The notes under the pieces were generated by a model, which had not been told where the DNA came from, did not search any database, and saw only the letters and a program-made list of their open reading frames with translations. From positions 248 through 64,247 of the forward strand of contig JAPULC010000024.1 in assembly GCA_027295305.1 (NCBI GenBank): a DNA stretch of 64,000 bases, in the 5' to 3' direction. Of the stretch, positions 23,978 through 30,542 are shown one piece after another. Every line of letters begins with the position of its first letter. Position 1 is the first letter of the stretch. The position numbers and the translations under genes are program-made. This stretch comes from Gammaproteobacteria bacterium (GTDB taxonomy: Bacteria > Pseudomonadota > Gammaproteobacteria > Pseudomonadales > Azotimanducaceae).

Positions 23978-24153
23978 TGCCGAGTGACGAACTGAAGCCA
24001 TGCCCCTTCTGCAGGGGCGGCTGGGTCGTAATCGTAGGAACGGACAAGGGTGTGTGGGCTAAATGTTTCGAGTGCGACGCACAGGGGCCCAGACATCCAG
24101 AGGCGGATGCAGCCCTGGAGAGCTGGAACCGCGCGACCAAGGAGACCCCCTGA
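23977..24153 (+). CDS. Lar-like restriction alleviation protein
   Basis: 58 aa. The sequence ELKPCPFCRGG...WAKCFECDAQGP...EADAALESWNR matches the Lar family pattern (CPFCGG...C..C...GP....A...WN). Confidence 0.65.
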   Translation: MPSDELKPCPFCRGGWVVIVGTDKGVWAKCFECDAQGPRHPEADAALESWNRATKETP

Positions 24154-24428
24154 TGTCACGGCACTACGACGCGAGGAGAGTGGTGGACGCGGTCCCGGGG
24201 CGGCTTGGCCCCGCCCACCGCCAGGGCGAGCTCTGGTGGGTGCTGCTGGAGTGCGGCTGCATCTGCTGGCGTGCGTGTAAGCCGGGTCGGGGCCTGAAGT
24301 GCGAGACGCATGAACTCGGGCCCGTCACCCTCACTGGCCTGACGGAGATCGGCAAGCAATGTCCTGCATGTAGCCGCCCGATCCAAGCATGTGAGGACCA
24401 ATGCTGGCTATGCCGGAGGACCCCCTGA
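24153..24428 (+). CDS. Hypothetical Cys-rich protein
   Basis: Bounded by junction motifs. It carries CGCICWRAC...CPAC...CEDQCWLC. Confidence 0.5.
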   Translation: MSRHYDARRVVDAVPGRLGPAHRQGELWWVLLECGCICWRACKPGRGLKCETHELGPVTLTGLTEIGKQCPACSRPIQACEDQCWLCRRTP

Positions 24429-24637
24429 TGCAGATCAAGTTCTGGAAAATCTACGCCAAGATCATGGCGGTGCTGCTCGGCATGGTCGCCTTTGCCGCTG
24501 GCACGAACCTCGCCGCGCATGTGATTGAGCTTGTCACCGGCGTTGGGTCGGGGTGGGTGATGTTGGCGTTCGGAGCCGCCTACATCGTAATCGGCGTTGG
24601 AGTTGCCGCACACCAGGTAACCAAGGAGACCGACTGA
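24428..24637 (+). CDS. Small membrane protein (2 TM)
   Basis: Bounded by junction motifs. It has two hydrophobic helices. Confidence 0.55.
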   Translation: MQIKFWKIYAKIMAVLLGMVAFAAGTNLAAHVIELVTGVGSGWVMLAFGAAYIVIGVGVAAHQVTKETD

Positions 24638-24671
24638 TGCCGATAGCCACCCAGACAGAGAAAGAACCGAC

Positions 24672-25139
24672 ATGCTAATCGACCCAGAGAACCTGAGAGC
24701 ACCAGATCCTGTTCTAGCCGTGATCGCGGGTAGCGGCGCTGGCCCCATACGTTTGGCGGAAGGACAGTACGAGATAGGTCATTTCAGCTTTGACATGTTG
24801 CTCAGCGCGCGCGGTGGAAATCTAGCAGGTGGGGACCTATGGTCGGACCACCCCGAGTTTCCGTGGGGCTACGGCGAAGGCAAGCCCGACTGTTATGGGG
24901 TGTGCGACTCCCCCGTTCAGTTCATGGATGACCACGGCGCCTGGCTCAACGAGACCGACAGGAAGTTCTGCATCTCGTTCACCCCCATTCACAAAGCTGA
25001 GCAAGGGCCCGATGGAGGCTGGCGTTGGCACAAGTGGGGCGCTTACGTAGGGCGCGGGACGCCCACCTACGAATACCTCTACGACGAGCCCGACTTTGAG
25101 ACGGTGTATTGCTTCCACATCTACGAGCGGACCGACTGA
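24672..25139 (+). CDS. Hypothetical protein
   Basis: 155-aa ORF. It is preceded by a 13-codon MP-ORF that starts in junction motif copy d. Confidence 0.6.
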   Translation: MLIDPENLRAPDPVLAVIAGSGAGPIRLAEGQYEIGHFSFDMLLSARGGNLAGGDLWSDHPEFPWGYGEGKPDCYGVCDSPVQFMDDHGAWLNETDRKFCISFTPIHKAEQGPDGGWRWHKWGAYVGRGTPTYEYLYDEPDFETVYCFHIYERTD

Positions 25140-25471
25140 TGCCGATCACATGGTGCAAAGACTGTAGCGAAAGCATTTTCGACTACGATGGCGCGAGGCC
25201 GCACAAGTGCCCGCCGGCGTTCCTCGTTTGGTACGAGGGTCACGGCGATGACCCCGAGGTCGATCACGATGTGGTGCACTCGCACGATGCCGAGTCGGCT
25301 GCCGAGAAGTGGGCCGAGGAGAGCGACGGCCAGGGCGACTACACGATCGTCCAGGGTAGCGACGAAACCGTGAAGGTGCGCCCGCGCGATGGTGGTGCGT
25401 GGGAAACCTGGACGGTGAGTGGCGAGACCGTCGCGCAGTACTCCGCGACGAAGGTCAAGGCGACCCCCTGA
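25139..25471 (+). CDS. Hypothetical protein
   Basis: Bounded by junction motifs, starting MPITWCKDC. Confidence 0.55.
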   Translation: MPITWCKDCSESIFDYDGARPHKCPPAFLVWYEGHGDDPEVDHDVVHSHDAESAAEKWAEESDGQGDYTIVQGSDETVKVRPRDGGAWETWTVSGETVAQYSATKVKATP

Positions 25472-25683
25472 TGCCGGAACGCGGATACACAGTGGCGGAG
25501 CTGTTGGCCATACCAGGTTGCGAAAGCGTGTCCTTGTTCGGCGCAGACGGTTCCGGTGTGAAGGTGACACGGCCCCCGGGGAAGTGGGTGCCGGCGCTGC
25601 GGGAAATCTGTCGTCACGATATCAAGGGGCACTGTGAGGACTGCATGATTCACGGGCCCGACATGGAATGGGAGACCGACTGA
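25471..25683 (+). CDS. Hypothetical protein
   Basis: Bounded by junction motifs. Confidence 0.5.
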   Translation: MPERGYTVAELLAIPGCESVSLFGADGSGVKVTRPPGKWVPALREICRHDIKGHCEDCMIHGPDMEWETD

Positions 25684-25970
25684 TGCCGATAGTACACAAG
25701 CTCAAGACATGGTCAGACGAATGGGACGCGGTCTCACGCCGCGACAAGCGCTTCGAGTTCCGACGCAACGATCGGGACTTCAAGGTAGGGGATGTGCTTC
25801 GGCTCCAGCGGTGGAACCCCGTGCTGGGCGAGTACACAGGTGCGCTCGATATTCTGGTGCCAGTCACCTACGTCCTACACGGAAACCACCATCACGCATT
25901 CGGAGTGCCTGAGGGCTACTGCGTGATGTCGTTGGATTGCAACTTTGAACAGGTCGCGAGGACCGACTGA
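25683..25970 (+). CDS. DUF3850/ASCH-like (PUA-fold) protein
   Basis: The sequence HKLKTWSDEWDAVSRRDKRFEFRRNDRDFKVGDVLRLQ matches the DUF3850 pattern (H.LK....F......K.FE.R.NDRDF.VGD.L.L). Confidence 0.6.
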   Translation: MPIVHKLKTWSDEWDAVSRRDKRFEFRRNDRDFKVGDVLRLQRWNPVLGEYTGALDILVPVTYVLHGNHHHAFGVPEGYCVMSLDCNFEQVARTD

Positions 25971-26128
25971 TGCCGATCGACTTCACCGTTACGCTGGACC
26001 TCATCAAGTACACGTTCACAGTCGAGGAGCTACGGCGGTGCGAGCGGTCAGTCTCTCAGGTCTTGGCTGAGCGTCACGACCGTGCCCTGCTGAGGGTGCT
26101 GTTTCCCCACCCACCGGAGACCGTCTGA
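25970..26128 (+). CDS. Hypothetical small protein (52 aa)
   Basis: Bounded by junction motifs. Translated by hand. Confidence 0.4.
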   Translation: MPIDFTVTLDLIKYTFTVEELRRCERSVSQVLAERHDRALLRVLFPHPPETV

Positions 26129-26376
26129 TGCCGAGAATCAATCCCGACTGGGGCCACATCGAAACGGAAGCCACAGCAGCGCTTGTCCCGCATGGGCGCC
26201 GTGTACCGCTCAGGGAGTGCCCAACCGGACCCTACCAGTTCTCCGGGGGGTTCGCGTGGATGTCGGAGTATGGAGGCGAGTCCTACCTTACCAGTGGGGA
26301 ACGTTGCGTCATTGCCAAGGATACGATGGTGCAACCTCTGGTGGTTGTTGCCCACACAATCGAGGAGACACCCTGA
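26128..26376 (+). CDS. Hypothetical protein
   Basis: Bounded by junction motifs. Confidence 0.5.
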   Translation: MPRINPDWGHIETEATAALVPHGRRVPLRECPTGPYQFSGGFAWMSEYGGESYLTSGERCVIAKDTMVQPLVVVAHTIEETP

Positions 26377-26534
26377 TGCCGAGCACGAAACGCAAGATGC
26401 GGATGCAGTGGATTGGGGACGCGGCCACGTTCGTTGTGTTCGTGATTGTATTTTTCCCGTTCATCATCATGGGCGGGTTCGCGTGGCTGGCGTTTGACCT
26501 CCCGGAGCGACTAGGGCTTTGGAGGGTAGAGTGA
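26376..26534 (+). CDS. Small membrane protein (52 aa)
   Basis: It starts at the last junction motif and has a hydrophobic core (FVVFVIVFFPFIIMGGFAWLAF). Confidence 0.45.
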   Translation: MPSTKRKMRMQWIGDAATFVVFVIVFFPFIIMGGFAWLAFDLPERLGLWRVE

Positions 26535-26539
26535 AGAGG

Positions 26540-27196
26540 ATGCCTGAAGCACCACGCCGCGTCGCCATCTACGTGCGCGTGTCCACACGCGACCAACGCC
26601 TGCTCCAGCAGTTTCGCGAGGTGCGTCGTATGGTCGAGCGCAAGGGCTGGACCATCGTCAAGGTCTACCGCGAGCGTCGTAGCGCCAAGCAGGGTGCCTA
26701 CCGACCCGAGTGGGAGCGCCTACGGAAAGACGCCGCACGTAAGCGCTTCGGGGCCGTCGCTGTCTGGTCAATCGATCGGATGGGCCGTAGCACCCTAGAC
26801 GTGCTCAAGGGCGTAGAGGGGTTCGAGAGGCGCGGCGTCGAGCTGCTGATCGTCAAGCAGAAGGTGGACACCACGTCACCGCTCGGCAAGCTCCTGCTGA
26901 CCATCCTGGCAGCGTTCGCACAGATGGAACGGGAGCTGATCAGTGAGCGCACCAAGGCAGGCATGGCGGCGCGGCGTGCAGCGGGCCTGCCTCTGGGTCG
27001 GGTTGCCGTCCTGGTACCACGCGAGCACATCGATGCGGTTCTTAGTGAGGAGAAGTCAGCGGCCCAGGTGAGCCGCGAGACAGGTATCGGAGTCGGTACC
27101 ATCCGGGCTCGGGTGAGGGCAGCGAAAAGGGAGGGGGGTCACGCCGTGCAAACGTCCGCTGGCACCCGACAGCAGAAAGGGCTCCCCCATGGTTGA
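26540..27196 (+). CDS. Small serine recombinase (resolvase/invertase family) with C-terminal HTH
   Basis: It has VAIYVRVSTRDQ (catalytic Ser), VWSIDRMGRS, LLTILAAFAQMERELISERTKAG, and the HTH AAQVSRETGIGVGTIRARV. An alternative GTG start at 26531 gives a GTGA overlap. Confidence 0.85.
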   Translation: MPEAPRRVAIYVRVSTRDQRLLQQFREVRRMVERKGWTIVKVYRERRSAKQGAYRPEWERLRKDAARKRFGAVAVWSIDRMGRSTLDVLKGVEGFERRGVELLIVKQKVDTTSPLGKLLLTILAAFAQMERELISERTKAGMAARRAAGLPLGRVAVLVPREHIDAVLSEEKSAAQVSRETGIGVGTIRARVRAAKREGGHAVQTSAGTRQQKGLPHG

Positions 27197-27371
27197 GCAA
27201 CCGAACGACCTGTGGACGGTCGGCAGTGACGGTCGAATCGTGGCCATCCCAGGACGCCCCGCCCCAGACTGGCACTACGATTGCGGCTGTTCGGGCACGG
27301 CCATTCAGTTCGTATGTACGGCGGGGTGCTGGCGGGAATACGTGCGACAGCAGAAAGGGCTCGGCAAATGA
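27189..27371 (+). CDS. Hypothetical Cys-containing small protein
   Basis: 60-aa ORF between motif-2 copies a and b. Confidence 0.45.
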   Translation: MVEQPNDLWTVGSDGRIVAIPGRPAPDWHYDCGCSGTAIQFVCTAGCWREYVRQQKGLGK

Positions 27372-27574
27372 GTGCTCACCCCACCAAGCTAGCAAAGACT
27401 ATGTTGATGCAATGTCCGCGCTGCGATGCACCGCCAGGCCAATCGTGCCAAGCGTATTCGGGGTGGCGTGCGGGTCTGCGTGCAGGTGCGAACCGCCTTT
27501 CCTATCAGAACCTCCACCCACACGCCGAACGGTGGAGAGCGTACCTCGACCAGCAAGAAAGGCTCGACGGATGA
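27368..27574 (+). CDS. Zinc-ribbon small protein (CPRC-x3-PGQ-x-C family)
   Basis: ATGA overlap. It carries QCPRCDAPPGQSC...HPHAER and is a paralogue of 18525-18722. Confidence 0.5.
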   Translation: MSAHPTKLAKTMLMQCPRCDAPPGQSCQAYSGWRAGLRAGANRLSYQNLHPHAERWRAYLDQQERLDG

Positions 27575-27927
27575 CTCACCCCATGGAGGATGCGGTAGCG
27601 GCTACTCGCGAACTCAAGCCCGGGCTCGTGCTTACGCGAGCACAGCGTTCGGCACTAAGCGCTCTCGCGTGGGGGCAGTACTACTTCGGTGGCCTGCTAA
27701 CCGGCGGGAACACGCGTCGCGCAGTTGTCCTTGCGCTCTGCAAGAAGGGCCTCGCTGAAAGTCAGGGAATGGTGGAGCAGTGCGACGGCGACGGCTTCAT
27801 CTTGCACGGTCGCCAGATGCGCGAGGCGTTCGGACTCACCAGCGCCGGCCTCGACGAGGCCGTAAGGCTCGATTGCTATTACGCGAAGGAGTTGGTCAAG
27901 CGCGACCAGCAGAAAGGGCTCCAATGA
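27571..27927 (+). CDS. Hypothetical protein, possible winged-helix
   Basis: ATG at 27571 in an ATGA overlap. The VVLALCKKGLAESQG segment is wHTH-like. The 244-aa track ORF upstream of 27571 is a shadow frame. Confidence 0.55.
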   Translation: MTHPMEDAVAATRELKPGLVLTRAQRSALSALAWGQYYFGGLLTGGNTRRAVVLALCKKGLAESQGMVEQCDGDGFILHGRQMREAFGLTSAGLDEAVRLDCYYAKELVKRDQQKGLQ

Positions 27928-28178
27928 AGAAACGTGACGCCAAGCGATACGCCTACCAACTGGCGGCCGAGATCCTCACGCGCAACCAGCAATCGGGCGT
28001 GGTGGCCGAGGACGTGACCGATGTGTCCGTGGGGGGCTACGGGGAGCGAGAGGTAGTGATGGTGGAGGCCGCTATGTCCGAGATCATAGCGGCACTGGAG
28101 GCGCGCGGGGACAGGCTCTACCCGCCGGGGAGCAAAGGCGCTGCGGCGTGTCAGCAGAAAGGGCTCGGTGAAGGATGA
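27924..28178 (+). CDS. Hypothetical protein
   Basis: ATGA overlap, lying between motif-2 copies d and e. Confidence 0.5.
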   Translation: MKKRDAKRYAYQLAAEILTRNQQSGVVAEDVTDVSVGGYGEREVVMVEAAMSEIIAALEARGDRLYPPGSKGAAACQQKGLGEG

Positions 28179-28570
28179 GGTCCGTACTGACAAACCGCGA
28201 TTTGGATGCGATGCGGCACATCGCCGACAGCATTCGCCAATCCGCGCAGGAGACTGGTTACGGGTTTTTCCCAGGGGGTGACCCGCGTGAGTTTTTCCCC
28301 GACGGAGAGTCGTGCAGTAATGAGGAGCTGGAAGCGCATCGGGTAGCTTGTGCAGAGTGGGATGCGGGAACTGGCCAGGACATTGGCGGCCCCTGCACCG
28401 TCGAACACGTCGAGATTGAGAGGAAGGATGGCAGCGTGCTCTCGGGTCCGGCACTGGTCACCCGCGCGCACTATGGCATTGGTACCTACACGATGTCCGA
28501 TCCCGACATCGAGAAGCTGGCCCAGCAGCTTGACGACTGGATGGACGCAGCAGCGCAGGCGGGCATATGA
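28175..28570 (+). CDS. Hypothetical protein
   Basis: 131-aa ORF. Confidence 0.55.
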   Translation: MRSVLTNRDLDAMRHIADSIRQSAQETGYGFFPGGDPREFFPDGESCSNEELEAHRVACAEWDAGTGQDIGGPCTVEHVEIERKDGSVLSGPALVTRAHYGIGTYTMSDPDIEKLAQQLDDWMDAAAQAGI

Positions 28571-28598
28571 CCCGACAGCAAGAAAGGCTCGGTGAAGG

Positions 28599-28835
28599 AT
28601 GAGTGGCGAGCAGGAGGACAATCTAGAGCTCTGCGTGCTGTCGTATGGGCGCGCGGGCTATGACGGGGCGGGTTGGTACTACTGGGACGCTGAGTATCCG
28701 GCAGAGGGTTCGGTGGGTGCGTTTGTGACGCTGGACGAGGCCTGCGACCACGCGGTGGAGGCCGGGTATGTGCGCCCCAAGCCCAGTGCGGACGACCTGA
28801 AACGGGAAGCGGGTGAACATGTATTCGGCGACTGA
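28599..28835 (+). CDS. Hypothetical protein
   Basis: 78-aa ORF preceded by an intergenic motif-2 copy. Confidence 0.5.
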   Translation: MSGEQEDNLELCVLSYGRAGYDGAGWYYWDAEYPAEGSVGAFVTLDEACDHAVEAGYVRPKPSADDLKREAGEHVFGD

Positions 28836-28865
28836 CATCGATCAGCAAAAATGGCTCGGTGAACG

Positions 28866-29117
28866 ATGAGCATGATGGACGTGTACTGTTCCGTTTGCAG
28901 GAATCCGTTCTCGACGGGGTGTATCTGCAGCGTCTTCGTGGCGGGGGGCGAGGCACCAGTCGCTTCCTGTGTGCGGTCCCCGGAGCAGCTTCGTTTGGTC
29001 ATTGAGTATGCGCGGCGTGAATGGCGAGATGACGGGGCTGATGGTGAGTCGGTGCATGCCCTCTGCGATGCATTGGAACTGCGGCTCGACAGTGAGCAGC
29101 AAGAAGGGCTCAAATGA
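28866..29117 (+). CDS. Hypothetical Cys-rich protein
   Basis: 83-aa ORF preceded by an intergenic motif-2 copy. Confidence 0.5.
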   Translation: MSMMDVYCSVCRNPFSTGCICSVFVAGGEAPVASCVRSPEQLRLVIEYARREWRDDGADGESVHALCDALELRLDSEQQEGLK

Positions 29118-29746
29118 GAATCAGAATGGAGATCATCGACCTGGTGCGGGGCCTGCGCGCGGTCGCCCTCGCAACTGGTGGAAAGCAGTTCCCGGACATG
29201 CTCATCGATGTGGTCGATGGTGAGCTGCATTTCGTCGCCACCGACGGCTGTTGGCTCATCGAGTGGCAGCATGATGTCGGTCGCAGTACCGAGGATGCCC
29301 GTGTCGGCGTCTGTGGCCTCTCTCTGGCGGCTGCCATTCCGACGCTCATCCAGTTCGCGGAAGGCCAGGAAACTCAGGGAGACCTGCTGCTGGGCGACGG
29401 AGCGGCGTTCGTGGAGGATGGGGTGAAACCGATCCGCATCGAACATGGCCTGGGCGCCGTGACCATCAACGGCGCGGCCCTGTCCGGGCTGACATTTGCG
29501 GACAAGTATGAGGCGCTGATGCGACCCGCTCGCCATCCCGCGCCCGCGCCGTATTTTGCAGGCACGGCGGGCTATCTGACGAAGGTCGCGGAGGCGTTCA
29601 AGATCGTAGGAGGAAGGGCCGACCCGAATCTGCTGCTCCGTGTTGGCGGAGCCATGGATCCGATCCATGTCACCTGCCCTGACCTCCCCGAGCTGACAGC
29701 GATTCTGATGCCCGTGCGACTATCGGATCGCAGCCCGAAGTCTTGA
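29114..29746 (+). CDS. DnaN (beta sliding clamp)-like protein, truncated two-domain-like form
   Basis: LHFVATDGCWL resembles the DnaN VATDGHRLA motif. GLTFADKYEALMRP resembles G.FPDYRRVLP, and the near-C-terminal ILMPVRL (9 residues before the stop) resembles the terminal MPMRL of DnaN. It is only 210 aa. Confidence 0.6.
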   Translation: MRIRMEIIDLVRGLRAVALATGGKQFPDMLIDVVDGELHFVATDGCWLIEWQHDVGRSTEDARVGVCGLSLAAAIPTLIQFAEGQETQGDLLLGDGAAFVEDGVKPIRIEHGLGAVTINGAALSGLTFADKYEALMRPARHPAPAPYFAGTAGYLTKVAEAFKIVGGRADPNLLLRVGGAMDPIHVTCPDLPELTAILMPVRLSDRSPKS

Positions 29747-29777
29747 CGGCCGTCGTCCCATCCGCGACCGTTCGCGG

Positions 29778-30071
29778 ATGGTCTCCCAGGCCGACAAGCG
29801 ACCGCGGGGCATCTGCCCGGTGTGCCTACTCGACGTCGCGCTCCGTCTGACGGGGCATTGCGTCAAGCATGGCCGAAAGTCCCACAATCCCGACAGAATG
29901 GCCCCTAAAACTGGCTGCCAGGGGACTGGGCGGCAGGCTCTCCACAATGTAATCGTGCGCCCCTGCCGCAAAAAATGCGGCAATCTTGTGTGTTATCCGA
30001 AAAGTGCTACGGTCACGGGGATAGCTATTTGCTCGGAGTGCAGAGATAACGTATCCAAGGGGGCATCATGA
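29778..30071 (+). CDS. Hypothetical zinc-finger-like protein
   Basis: 97-aa ORF with CPVC...HC..H and C..C...CSEC. Confidence 0.45.
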   Translation: MVSQADKRPRGICPVCLLDVALRLTGHCVKHGRKSHNPDRMAPKTGCQGTGRQALHNVIVRPCRKKCGNLVCYPKSATVTGIAICSECRDNVSKGAS

Positions 30072-30268
30072 CGACTCAACTCGAACAGCTTGTGGACCAG
30101 GGCCACACGATGGAAGAGGCCGAACTGGTCGTGCGTCTCACCGCGACCGCATTCGCCGATCGGGCCGCGGCGGTGCGTACGGGCATGTGCGCGTGCGGCG
30201 CCCGCATGGCACGCGTGGGACATGGTCGGATCGAGTGCTTGAGCTGCGACGCGGTGCACGCGGCGTAG
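30068..30268 (+). CDS. Hypothetical small protein
   Basis: 66-aa ORF in an ATGA overlap, carrying CACG...CLSC. Confidence 0.45.
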   Translation: MTTQLEQLVDQGHTMEEAELVVRLTATAFADRAAAVRTGMCACGARMARVGHGRIECLSCDAVHAA

Positions 30269-30502
30269 TCAAGGTACGCGGTACAAAGTCGCGTCGTCTG
30301 TGAACACCATAGTCCTGATTTCCCCAGACTCAAACTTAGCGATGGCGTCGATCGCCAGCTGCATCTTTTCGCGTGACCAGCTCGACGGGATGCGCGCGAC
30401 GAGTTTGTCTGCGCGGATTTCGGTCTCCCCGTCTTCCAGCGGCGGAGCTGCGGCCAGTAGAGGGAGGGCGGGTAGCGACTTCAGGAAGTTCCGGCGATTC
30501 AT
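30269..30502 (-). CDS. Small exported protein with Tat-like signal (77 aa)
   Basis: The real start is MNRRNFLKSLPALPLLAAAPP at 30502; the 127-aa track ORF is an upstream extension. Confidence 0.55.
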   Translation of the reverse strand: MNRRNFLKSLPALPLLAAAPPLEDGETEIRADKLVARIPSSWSREKMQLAIDAIAKFESGEIRTMVFTDDATLYRVP

Positions 30503-30516
30503 GCAAGGAATGTAGC

Positions 30517-30542
30517 GGATATGGCGCCGGTTGAACATATCC
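30517..30542. promoter_or_regulatory. Inverted repeat GGATATG-N12-CATATCC in a divergent gap
   Basis: The 7-bp arms are perfect. The repeat lies between the - gene start (30502) and the 5' end of the + ORF. Confidence 0.4.

Larger units (their letters stand above)
23963..26387 (+). repeat. Junction repeat family 1: ten copies of RGGAGACC-SMC-TGATGCCGA at consecutive gene boundaries
   Basis: TGATG stop/start cores lie at 23975, 24151, 24426, 24635, 25137, 25469, 25681, 25968, 26126 and 26374, with 8-12 conserved flanking nt on each side. Confidence 0.85.
27165..29117 (+). repeat. Junction repeat family 2: eight copies of CAGCARRAARGGCTC followed 2-8 nt later by ATG(A)
   Basis: The 15-mers lie at 27170, 27348, 27551, 27907, 28152, 28576, 28843 and 29097. 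Six lie in coding 3' ends (..QQKGL..) and two in non-coding gaps. Confidence 0.85.

Noticed and set aside
26376-27196. An invertible segment (Gin/Hin-type) controlled by the serine recombinase.
   Set aside because: I found no inverted repeats flanking any nearby segment, and the fibre genes are more than 11 kb away. The function remains open.
27193-27570. The first half of the 244-aa + ORF 27193-27927.
   Set aside because: It overlaps two short genes in other frames that are delimited by junction motif 2. Only the part from ATG 27571 looks like protein.
23963-29117. The regularly spaced short direct repeats as a CRISPR array.
   Set aside because: The repeats are 15-23 nt. The spacers are 150-500 nt of coding sequence with start and stop codons embedded in the repeats. 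No cas genes are present.
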